Shown here piece after piece: positions 8,737 through 17,232 of a stretch of 32,000 nucleotides of DNA. The stretch comes from Candidatus Midichloria mitochondrii IricVA. Lineage in GTDB: Bacteria > Pseudomonadota > Alphaproteobacteria > Rickettsiales > Midichloriaceae. The notes under the pieces were generated by a model. That model was not told where the DNA came from. It made no database searches and saw only the letters and a list, made by a program, of their open reading frames with translations. The stretch spans positions 420,001 to 452,000 of the forward strand of contig NC_015722.1 of NCBI RefSeq assembly GCF_000219355.1, given 5' to 3'. Position 1 is the first letter of the stretch. Each line of letters opens with the position of its first letter. The position numbers were made by a program, and so were the translations under genes.

Positions 8737-9876
8737 CATTGCCAAGGGGCGCATATCAATTAGTGATATTATGGAGCATTTATATGGTAAAATTGCGAGA
8801 TGGGTTACTAATATTGCTTCTATATTTACGTCTATTGGGTTAGTAGCGCTACAGGCTACTGCCATGGGCTATATCATTCATTATTTTTTCCAGATCCCAA
8901 AACTTCTTATGGTACAATAGTCAGTACTTCAATATTAGCATTATACTCAGGGCGGGATACGTGCCGTGACATTCACTGATGTATTTCAATTTACAATTTT
9001 TGGATAGTGGCATTCCTTTGGCATGCTCTTTTGCCCATCGTGGAGCAGGAGGTTATGAAAATATAGTGAGCTCATTGCTTAAGGAGACGCTAAGTCTTAA
9101 TCTCACCAAAAACAATATTTGGTTATTTTTGTGAGCTTAATTTTTTACAGCTTATTACCGCAAACTGCTAGAACTTTCGTACAGAGATTTTTGTTAATTA
9201 GAGACTCTAAACAGTTGGTCAGGTGTATTGGAATTGTAGCTGCTTTAAATATCTTTTTATACTCATGATCTGTTTAATTGGGTTTTTTATTAGAGCTCAG
9301 GCTCCAGAAATTGGTCCTAATACTGCTCTTTTATCTATTTTATTGCGAATCATTTGATGATTGGGATAAAAGGAGTAGTGATTGCTGGTTTGTTGGCGGT
9401 AATAATGTCGACAGCGGATTCCTGGCTAAATAGCCACAAGTGTACTCTGCTTACATGATATTGTTGGAAAATTGATTCCTCTAACTGAAAAACAAGCTTT
9501 AATCATTGCTAGGTTATCCACTTTTATAATAGCTATTTTAGCTATTATACTATCTCTTTGGAAAAAGAGGAGTGATGGAATTAGAGTGGCTATCCAGTAA
9601 TTTCTGGATGCCAATTATGATAGTACCGCTTGCTGCTGGATTTCTGAGGTTTTGGACAAATTCTACGTCTTTTATAATATAGCTTCAGTGACATTAGCTA
9701 TAATCTTTACCTGTATAACTGCTATATAGTAGGAGATTTTGCGACGATTAGTTTAATGATCGGCATGATAGGTAGCAGCATTGGTTTATTTGGCATGCAT
9801 TATTGGTAAAGGCATCAAGGATTAGACCCGGCCAAAAACATAGCGAAAAGGAAGCTATGAAAAAGAGCATAAGGTA
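8737..9876 (+). pseudogene. sodium:solute symporter (SSF) family transporter, N-terminally truncated and shattered by frameshifts and stops
   Basis: Plus-strand fragments across three frames include SISDIMEHLYGKIARW, GGIRAVTFTDVFQFTIF and MIGIKGVVIAGLLAVIMSTADSWLNS (SSF signature region). Roughly the first 100 codons are missing at the junction with the IS1 remnant. Confidence 0.65.
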
Positions 9877-10023
9877 GTAACAGCAAGCAGCAGAGAGCAG
9901 ATAGAAGAATGGCTTAAAACATAATTCTTTTATAACAAGAAATTAACTATCTAGCACTCAATAATGCTTTCTACAGCTGATTAACTTGACCAGCTCGATC
10001 ATTTTCTACACTTCGCGTTTAAA

Positions 10024-11331
10024 TTAAAATTCTTCAGCTATAATTGCTGATATATTCTCATAGAATTGCTCAAGTTCCTGTGCAGAAGTGCAGTAAGGAG
10101 GTAGCAAGTAAAGTGTTTTACCTAACGGCCTTATTATATAGCCTGCTTCTATAAATTTTCTGCGCAAAGATAGTGCAACTTTAAAGAGGTCTAAATCATC
10201 CGGCAATACCATATCGAAAGCTGCAATGGTTCCAATTTGTCTGAATTTCTCTAATTTTGCTTCAGTTGCAAGGAGCTTCTGTAGACCAATAGTATGCGCT
10301 TCCTTTATAGTACTAATGTTTTCTGTGGTTTCAGCTTTTACTAATAGTTCTAGAGAGGCAATTGCTGCAGCACATCCTAATGGATTGGCAGTATAGGAGT
10401 GACTATGAGTAAATGCAACCTGCATGTTATTCCCTAAAAATGCCTCAAATATTTTTTCAGTTGCTATTGTGAGGGCTAAGGGTAGAAATCCGCCTGTTAG
10501 TCCCTTGGATAAACAAATGATATCGGGCACAAAATCTATATGCTCAAATGCAAAATTTTTTCCTGTGCGTCCAAAGCCGGTCATAACTTCATCAAAGATG
10601 ACTAAGATACCAGCCTCTCTAGTGAGTTTACAGATTTCTTCTAAAAAGGAAGGACGGCATATTTGCATCCCATTTGCTCCCTGCACTAAGGGCTCAACCA
10701 TGAGCGCAATTATTTCATCTTTGTGCTTTTTTATAATTTCTTGCAAAGCGTTTAAAGATATTTCCTCTTTTAATTCTACATCGAGATCACCATCCCAAGT
10801 TTGGGGGAAGGGAATATGGTGATTTTTAAAAAGAAGTGCGCCAAAAGTTCTATGTAAAGGTGATTGTCCAACACTCATAGCTCCGATTGTGTCACCGTGG
10901 TACCCCCCAGCAAAACTTATATAGGATTTTTTATTATAATCTTTTTGGTTAAACCAATACTGGAACGCCATTTTGATAGCAATTTCGGTGGCGCTAGAGC
11001 CATTGTCAGAAAAGAAAAATCTTTTTAATGGTTGAGGTAATATTTTTTGTAAACCCATGCATAAGTTAATTGCTGGCTCATGTGAAAAGCCTGCAAAAAT
11101 GACTTGTTCCAGTTTTAGCGCCTGTTCGTATATGGCCTTTGCAATATGCGGATTAGCGTGACCGTAAAGATTCACCCACCAGCTCGAAATTAGATCAAGA
11201 TATTTCTTATTATCCTGACCTATCAAATAAGGACCCATTCCTTCTTTGATGATCACGGGTAGGTCAGCTATCTTGTCTTGAGTTATAGGGTGCCAGATTA
11301 TTTGTTTGTCTATCTTTGCCAGATTTATCAT
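10024..11331 (-). CDS. bioA: adenosylmethionine-8-amino-7-oxononanoate aminotransferase
   Basis: 435 aa. IWHPITQ N-terminal motif, SSWWVNLYGHANP, SDNGSSATEIAIKMAFQYW, GGYHGDTIGAMSVG, and DEVMTGFGRTG...LSKGLTGGFLPLA with the PLP lysine. Confidence 0.9.
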   Translation of the reverse strand: MINLAKIDKQIIWHPITQDKIADLPVIIKEGMGPYLIGQDNKKYLDLISSWWVNLYGHANPHIAKAIYEQALKLEQVIFAGFSHEPAINLCMGLQKILPQPLKRFFFSDNGSSATEIAIKMAFQYWFNQKDYNKKSYISFAGGYHGDTIGAMSVGQSPLHRTFGALLFKNHHIPFPQTWDGDLDVELKEEISLNALQEIIKKHKDEIIALMVEPLVQGANGMQICRPSFLEEICKLTREAGILVIFDEVMTGFGRTGKNFAFEHIDFVPDIICLSKGLTGGFLPLALTIATEKIFEAFLGNNMQVAFTHSHSYTANPLGCAAAIASLELLVKAETTENISTIKEAHTIGLQKLLATEAKLEKFRQIGTIAAFDMVLPDDLDLFKVALSLRRKFIEAGYIIRPLGKTLYLLPPYCTSAQELEQFYENISAIIAEEF

Positions 11332-11333
11332 TT

Positions 11334-12074
11334 TTAACTATACCAAATTTTTGCTAAATAGAGTCCACAAGGGGGCGCGGTTTCCGGTCCAACTTTTCTA
11401 TCTTGAGCATTTAAAACTTCTTGCAATCTTTTGCAATCCCATTTCTTTATCCCAATATTTTTTAGAGCTCCAGCCATTATTCTAACTTGGTTATGAAGAA
11501 AGGACTTGCCTTCGAAGATAAAATCTATAACTTCTCCTTCTCTTTTTATGATCTCAATCTTATCAATGGTTTTGACAGAGTTTTTGGCTTGGCAAGAACT
11601 TGCTCTAAAGCTAGCAAAATCATGTTCACCAGTTAATATTAATGCTCCCTTTCTTATGCTATCTACATCCATTTTTTCTTTTACTAACCAAGCTTTAGTA
11701 TGCATAATGGCTAGGTGGGAATCCCGGTTGACTAGCCGGTAAATATATCTTTTCTTTTTTGCACTAAAACGTGCATGAAAATCTGTTGATACTGCTTCGA
11801 TATTTAAAACCGCAATATCAGGCTTTACGAAGTGATTAATAGCGCTTTTTATCTTGTGAAGTTGATAATCTTGTTCTAGGTCAAAGTGCGCAACTTGCTC
11901 AAAGGCATGCACCCCTGCATCAGTGCGGCCAGCGCCAAAAACGGTTACTTCTTTATGTGCAAATTTAGCTATAGAATTTTCTATGGATTCTTGGATTGAA
12001 ATGCAATTTTTTTGTCGCTGCCAGCCACAAAATTTGCTGCCGTCATATTCTACAGTAATTTTATACCTAAACAT
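11334..12074 (-). CDS. truA: tRNA pseudouridine(38-40) synthase TruA
   Basis: 246 aa. YDGSKFCGWQRQ and the catalytic GAGRTDAGVHA motif. Ends 2 nt before the bioA start. Confidence 0.93.
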   Translation of the reverse strand: MFRYKITVEYDGSKFCGWQRQKNCISIQESIENSIAKFAHKEVTVFGAGRTDAGVHAFEQVAHFDLEQDYQLHKIKSAINHFVKPDIAVLNIEAVSTDFHARFSAKKKRYIYRLVNRDSHLAIMHTKAWLVKEKMDVDSIRKGALILTGEHDFASFRASSCQAKNSVKTIDKIEIIKREGEVIDFIFEGKSFLHNQVRIMAGALKNIGIKKWDCKRLQEVLNAQDRKVGPETAPPCGLYLAKIWYS

Positions 12075-12077
12075 CCC

Positions 12078-12497
12078 TCATTCAGGCTTTATTTTTTTGC
12101 CGTATAATTCTAGTCTATGGTCAGTTAATTCATAACCAAGCTTTTTAGCAATCTTTTCTTTAAGCTGTTCTAGTTCTTCATCTGCAAATTCTAGAATTTC
12201 TCCACTATCCACATCGATCAAATGATGGTGATGTCTGGCGTTTGAATAATTGGCTTCATATCTTGCTTTACCGTCACCTATTTCTAATTTCTTAAGCAGA
12301 TTATGTAGCTCAAGAAGGCTCACAGTCCGATAAACGGTTGCTAGGCTTATATTTGGATCAATTAAGTTCGCTCTTTTATATATTTCTTCTACATCCGGAT
12401 GATCAGAAGAATTAGATATAACTTCAGCTATGACTTTTCTTTGTGGGGTCATTTTGATATTTGCGGCTTGGCATATTAGCTCTAGTTTTGAGGCCAT
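12078..12497 (-). CDS. Fur-family metalloregulator, Cys-less, Irr-like
   Basis: 139 aa. Winged-helix region (MTPQRKVIAEV...SLATVYRTVSLLE) and an HHHH motif followed by LIDVDSGEILEF in place of the usual HHDHLIC..CG. There are no CxxC pairs. Confidence 0.85.
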   Translation of the reverse strand: MASKLELICQAANIKMTPQRKVIAEVISNSSDHPDVEEIYKRANLIDPNISLATVYRTVSLLELHNLLKKLEIGDGKARYEANYSNARHHHHLIDVDSGEILEFADEELEQLKEKIAKKLGYELTDHRLELYGKKIKPE

Positions 12498-12530
12498 GTA
12501 ATCAAATTAATATATAAATACTTATTTTGT

Positions 12531-13838
12531 TCATAATCTAGGCAATGATATTTGTATTTTTAATCCTCCACAAGAAGTACTTCTACTAAGATTTATAAAC
12601 CCTCCATGAGCTTGCACTGTTGTTTTTACTATAGCAAGCCCTAAACCGAATCCTTCTTTATTTTCATTCATACGGAAGAAAGGCTCGAAAACTTTTTTAT
12701 GTAGTTCCGGCTCGATTCCTGGGCCATCGTCTTCAATTGTAATAATTACTAAATCCTCGGAACATCTTAGTTCAATAACAACCTTATTTTTGCCAAACTT
12801 GCAAGCGTTATTTATTACATTATCGATCACTCTTTTTATAGCATTAATTTTAATATTAATTTTACAATTTGTTTCCTTACTAGTATAATTTATCCTTGGG
12901 TCGTGAAAGTTGTGTATTCTTTCCAATATTATCTCATTTATATCAGCAAGTTGACTTTCTTCGTTACCTTCTCCTTTGGCGAATTTCAAGTAACGGGATA
13001 GTAATTCTTCCATTTCTTTCAGATTGATTTCTAAAGAAGTAGATAAATTAGTATCCTGACACATCGCAAGCTTTAATTTCATTCTAGTAATTGGTGTTCT
13101 TAAATCATGAGAGATATGGGTTAATACTTCACTCCTATTTTGTATATTGCGTTCTAGTCTTTTTTTCATTTTAATCAAAGCAAAGCCAGCAGTTCTAATT
13201 TCATGAGCGCCTGTGGGTCTAAATTCAACTACTTTTTGGCCACTACCAAATTTATTAGCGGCTTCTGTAAGCTTTAAGATAGAACGAACTTGATTGCGCA
13301 TAAATAAAATAGCAATTATCACGAGCAAGGCAGATGTGGCGACTAACCAAGAAATGAACACATAAGTTGTGGGGCTATGTATGCGCCTGCCTGAAAATTC
13401 GGTATGTAAGTTAAATTGAGCAAGAGGTATATCGCACCCTATTAGACCTCTTTCTGAAATGTAATATAAAGATATTTGCCTGGTTAAAGATGATTCGAGA
13501 GCGGTTTTTAAGCTATCAAATTTGTAGCGATCGGCGTACATTCTTTTAGTACTATATTTTAAAGGGCTTGTTACTTCAATTTTTGCTAGAAAAACTATCT
13601 GCCAGTTTTTGATTATTCTTTCTAACTCCATTTGGTTTGTCACTCCATCTATTAACTTTACTAAAAAGGTAAGTTCGGAAACAAGGGAATGCTGCATGTG
13701 CTTATTAACATTATCCCAATGTCGTTGATAAAATATATATGCAGTAACAAGTTGGATTATGATAACCGGCATAACTATTATTAAAAAAAACCTACCAAAA
13801 AGTGACCTTGGAAATATAATCCATTTGTCTAAAGCCAT
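12531..13838 (-). CDS. two-component sensor histidine kinase, EnvZ-like (2 TM, HAMP, HisKA, HATPase_c)
   Basis: 435 aa. N-terminus PRSLFGRFFLIIVMPVIIIQ. H-box ISHDLRTPITRM. N-box VINNACKFG. G-boxes DDGPGI and GFGLGLAIV. The start overlaps the corA stop by 10 nt. Confidence 0.85.
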   Translation of the reverse strand: MALDKWIIFPRSLFGRFFLIIVMPVIIIQLVTAYIFYQRHWDNVNKHMQHSLVSELTFLVKLIDGVTNQMELERIIKNWQIVFLAKIEVTSPLKYSTKRMYADRYKFDSLKTALESSLTRQISLYYISERGLIGCDIPLAQFNLHTEFSGRRIHSPTTYVFISWLVATSALLVIIAILFMRNQVRSILKLTEAANKFGSGQKVVEFRPTGAHEIRTAGFALIKMKKRLERNIQNRSEVLTHISHDLRTPITRMKLKLAMCQDTNLSTSLEINLKEMEELLSRYLKFAKGEGNEESQLADINEIILERIHNFHDPRINYTSKETNCKINIKINAIKRVIDNVINNACKFGKNKVVIELRCSEDLVIITIEDDGPGIEPELHKKVFEPFFRMNENKEGFGLGLAIVKTTVQAHGGFINLSRSTSCGGLKIQISLPRL

Positions 13839-14860
13839 TTTTTCTTTTTAAAGAAGAAATACGGCAATAAGGCGGATATAATAATCACGCCAAGTGCCAT
13901 AGGATAACCGAAGGTCAAGGATAGTTCAGGCATGTTTTCAAAGTTCATTCCGTAAATGCTCGCAATAAGTGTAGGTGGCATGAATACTGCAGAGGCCACT
14001 GTAAAGACTTTGATTATCATATTTTGCTCTACTGAAATCATCCCAAGCGTTGCATCCAATAAAAAGCTGTTTCTTTGTGAGAGAAAATTGCCATATTCCC
14101 CAAGAGAGTGGACTTCTCTGGCTAAGTTTTTGAACTTAGACTTAAACTCTTTTTTAGAAGTTAACCTATTGTTGTCATCAATCTGACTGAAGTATATAAG
14201 AAGTCTGTTGATACTAACTAAACTCTCACGATTTTTTGAAATTAGATTTCCGGTATGGCCTATTTTCCGGATTACTGAGTTATATCTTTTCGATGAAATA
14301 ATTTCTTGTTTGGAGCTTTTTTCGAAGATAGCCTTTAATAAATCGTCGAGCTCGTTACCAGCTTCTTCTAACACATCGGCCGTTTTATTAATAAAAGATT
14401 CTAATATTCCACTTAAAACAGTTTCTGGAGAATTGCATTGATGAATTCCTCTTGTTGCACGAGCTATAAAATTCACCAGGGACCAAGGGGTGCTATAACG
14501 TAGTATGATAATATATTCTGTTGTCAAAATAAAGGTCACTGCCATGCTATCTGGATGGTCTTCTTTAGAAGATTTGTCCAAAACTGTAACCGTCATATAA
14601 TGAGCGTTGCCTTCTTTATAAAAAGGGCTCATAACTTCAATCTTATCCATTTCAGCTCGAGTTGGTATATTGATTTGCAGAATATTTTCTATATATTGCT
14701 CTTCTTTGGCTGTAGGCTCGTATAAATCTATCAAAACGGTCCCATACGGTATAGAGTCTCCTATACTCATTTCTTGTTTTTCTAGTCTATTATCTAGGTC
14801 TGTATATACAGTGATCATATCTTGCAGCAACTGATTCTTTTTAGGGTTGCATTCTGACAA
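13829..14860 (-). CDS. corA: magnesium/cobalt transporter CorA
   Basis: 343 aa. C-terminal two-TM region carries the signature YGMNF (IASIYGMNFENMPEL). Apparent TTG start; the true start may be an internal ATG. Confidence 0.9.
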   Translation of the reverse strand: MSECNPKKNQLLQDMITVYTDLDNRLEKQEMSIGDSIPYGTVLIDLYEPTAKEEQYIENILQINIPTRAEMDKIEVMSPFYKEGNAHYMTVTVLDKSSKEDHPDSMAVTFILTTEYIIILRYSTPWSLVNFIARATRGIHQCNSPETVLSGILESFINKTADVLEEAGNELDDLLKAIFEKSSKQEIISSKRYNSVIRKIGHTGNLISKNRESLVSINRLLIYFSQIDDNNRLTSKKEFKSKFKNLAREVHSLGEYGNFLSQRNSFLLDATLGMISVEQNMIIKVFTVASAVFMPPTLIASIYGMNFENMPELSLTFGYPMALGVIIISALLPYFFFKKKKWL

Positions 14861-14945
14861 CTTTTAATTGTAAGCTGAGTATTACACAAACAAATTACTT
14901 GAAAGTTTATTACAAGGCAATGATTTTATTTTAGTGGTTAATAAT

Positions 14946-15811
14946 ATGTTGATGGTTTTTGGTCTATTGTTTATTTGTGTGATGGTATTAGGAGCCTATA
15001 TGTTAGGGGGAGCAATCTACAGGTAATATTAGCTGCACTACCTATGGAAATTGGCATAATAGGAGGATCAGCAGTTGGTTCTTTTTTAGTAGCAAATAAA
15101 ATGCATGTAATTAAGTCTACTTTAAAGGATATATTGATATCGTTTAAGGGAAGTCAGTATAAGAGAAAAGATTATGAAGCAGTTTTGTTGTTATTGTATG
15201 ATATTACTAAGCAGGCTAAAACCAAAGGGGTGCTGACATTAGAAGCACATGTTGAAAATCCTAGAGATAGTGCCATTTTTAAGTCTTATCCCAGTGTATT
15301 AACTAACAGTAGAATATTGGAGCTAACCTGCGATACTTTTAGAGTTATTTCATTAAATGTCGATAATCCTATGCAAATAGAGGAAGTAATAGATAAGAAA
15401 ATAATAAAGATAGAGCATGAGCTACTGGCCTCATCACATGCTTTACAAGTGGTCGCGGACGGTTTGCCCGCTCTTGGGATCGTTGCTGCCGCGTTAGGGG
15501 TAATAAAGACTATGGCAAGTATTGATCAACCACCCCCCGTATTGGGCAAAATGATCGGGGGGGGGGCTTTAGTTGGAACTTTTTTAGGAGTTTTTTTAGC
15601 ATATTGTGTTGCGGGTCCACTTGCCAATAAAATAAAATCGATATATGAACAAGATATGCATTTATATTTTGTGGTAAGAGATGTGATCATTTCCTATTTA
15701 TGTGGGAATCTTCCTCAAGTTGCCGTTGAAATGGGGAGAGCAAACATACCAACGGAATATCAGCCTAGTTTTGTAGAGCTGGAAAAACAATTACATAAAG
15801 AGAGCGAGTAA
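14946..15811 (+). CDS. motA: flagellar motor stator protein MotA, N-terminal frameshift in a G5 run (possible pseudogene)
   Basis: The main ORF (14975-15811) has MotA blocks: ADGLPALGIVAAALGVIKTM and GALVGTFLGVFLAYCVAGPLANKI. The expected TM1 (MLMVFGLLFICVMVLGAYMLGG) starts at ATG 14946 in another frame and stops at 15024-15026. Adding one G to the run at 15006-15010 joins the two frames. Confidence 0.8.
15557..15566. repeat. G10 homopolymer tract inside motA (encodes GGG, in frame)
   Basis: Direct reading gives atgatc-GGGGGGGGGG-cttt. A C6 run lies 19 nt upstream at 15533-15538. Confidence 0.95.
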
Positions 15812-15839
15812 ATTGAAAGTGTTTTAGAGGTTTGAGGTT

Positions 15840-16619
15840 TTGCATAAAAATTTATTTGTTTTTGATATTGAAACAGTGCCGGACTTGAAAGCTGCGGCAA
15901 ATTTGTTGGGTGCAACCGAGGATTTAAATGCACTCAGGCAAGCTCTGGTGAATTACCATTTGGAGGTAACAGGAGGCAAAAACCCCTTTTTCAAACAGCC
16001 ATTTCATCGAGTTATTGCTATTAGCTTTCTAGAAGCAGAAATAGAGGGGAATGGTAATCAGGAGTTTTATCATTTAAAAAAGATACGTTCAGGGGGCGCT
16101 CTAGCTTCAGATGAAAGGGAGATAGTGAAAGGCTTTTTTCATTACCTTTCTGGTATGCACCCAAGATTAGTTTCTTTCAATGGGCGTACCTTTGATCTTC
16201 CAGTTTTAAAATATAGAGCCATGCTTCATGGGATTCAGGCAAAGTGGTTGCATCAGAGTGGAGATGAGTGGAACAACTACCACTCTAAGTATAGCCTAGA
16301 TTGGCATTGTGATTTAATAGATGCTTTTTCTGATTTTGGAAGTTCAGCTAGGATTAAAATGAATGAAATTTGTGCCATGTTAAATTTCCCAGGTAAGCTT
16401 GAAACGGAAGGTTCGATGGTCGAGGTCATGTACAATGAAGGGAAGCTGCAAGAAATACGGGATTATTGTGAACTAGATGTAATAAACACTTATTTGCTAT
16501 ACATAAGACACGCATACCATATAGCAAGAGTATCGAAGGAATCTTATAACAAAATGATAAATGATTTGGTTTCTTTCTTGGAAAAAAGAGGAAAAAGCAG
16601 CATTTCACAATGTTTTTAG
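15840..16619 (+). CDS. 3'-5' exonuclease, RNase H-like fold, related to the PolB exonuclease domain
   Basis: 259 aa. LFVFDIETVPD (Exo I), SFNGRTFDLPVLKYR (Exo II) and YCELDVINTY (Exo III) blocks. TTG start with GAGG 5 nt upstream. Confidence 0.75.
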   Translation: MHKNLFVFDIETVPDLKAAANLLGATEDLNALRQALVNYHLEVTGGKNPFFKQPFHRVIAISFLEAEIEGNGNQEFYHLKKIRSGGALASDEREIVKGFFHYLSGMHPRLVSFNGRTFDLPVLKYRAMLHGIQAKWLHQSGDEWNNYHSKYSLDWHCDLIDAFSDFGSSARIKMNEICAMLNFPGKLETEGSMVEVMYNEGKLQEIRDYCELDVINTYLLYIRHAYHIARVSKESYNKMINDLVSFLEKRGKSSISQCF

Positions 16620-16623
16620 ATGA

Positions 16624-17232
16624 ATGGAACAAAATCGGGATCCAATATCTTTAATTAAGGTAGGCTTGAGAAAAAAACTAAAGCAAATTCGCTTTGGCTT
16701 AGATGCAAGTTGTCGCAATAAGGCTTCTGAAGCTATATCTGAAGCAGTAGATAAATACTTAAACGCAAATAATATTGCAGCCTATTGCCCAATGAATAAT
16801 GAGGTAGATATAACTAGGTATTTGAGAGGGCTAAAAAATAAGAAGCTCGCTTTGCCCGTTATTGAAAACCAGGAAATGATTTTTAGAGAATGGTTGTTAG
16901 AGTCAAATCTGTTAATGAATAAGTGGTCAACCCTTGAGCCAGATCCTAGCGTAGGTCGCGTGGTCATTCCAGAGATAATTATAGTTCCAATGCTTGGATT
17001 TGACCGAAAAAATCATAGACTTGGGTATGGTTTTGGATACTATGACAAAGTTTTACGTTCCTATCCTTCGGCTCTTAGTATCGGTATTGCTTTCTCTGTT
17101 CAGGAGGTTGAAAATATTCCATCTGAAGCACATGATGTTGCGCTTAATTTAATTATTACCGAAAAAGAAGTTATTAAAAATGCAGATAAAAAGTTTGGCA
17201 CAGAAAATAAAGCAAGGCTTAATAAGACATAA
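16624..17232 (+). CDS. 5-formyltetrahydrofolate cyclo-ligase
   Basis: 202 aa. N-terminal LRKKLKQIR and the C-terminal RLGYGFGYYDK motif typical of the MTHFS family. Confidence 0.8.
   Translation: MEQNRDPISLIKVGLRKKLKQIRFGLDASCRNKASEAISEAVDKYLNANNIAAYCPMNNEVDITRYLRGLKNKKLALPVIENQEMIFREWLLESNLLMNKWSTLEPDPSVGRVVIPEIIIVPMLGFDRKNHRLGYGFGYYDKVLRSYPSALSIGIAFSVQEVENIPSEAHDVALNLIITEKEVIKNADKKFGTENKARLNKT

Noticed and set aside
8206-8843. Three plus-strand ORFs (8206-8424, 8378-8572, 8541-8843) of 64-100 aa.
   Set aside because: They lie antisense to the IS1-family remnant, have low-complexity Ser/Leu-rich sequence and carry no recognisable motifs. They are shadow ORFs.
10424-10822. Long antisense ORFs inside well-supported genes: 10424-10822 in bioA, 21749-22120 in infB, 27276-27602 in hslV, 27872-28165 in trpS, 31249-31617 in nrdB, and 293-508, 1145-1357 and 1472-1672 near the left end.
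   Set aside because: They overlap conserved genes on the opposite strand or in another frame, and show compositionally biased sequence with no motifs. They are typical ORF-finder shadows.
14946-16619. A MotA homologue next to a nuclease-fold gene, considered as a Zorya-like (ZorA/ZorB plus effector) anti-phage module.
   Set aside because: The MotA is of canonical flagellar size with the usual C-terminal TM blocks and no long coiled-coil tail. No MotB/ZorB-like gene is present. The exonuclease belongs to a PolB-exo-like family that I recall as widely conserved in alphaproteobacteria, so the adjacency is most likely incidental.
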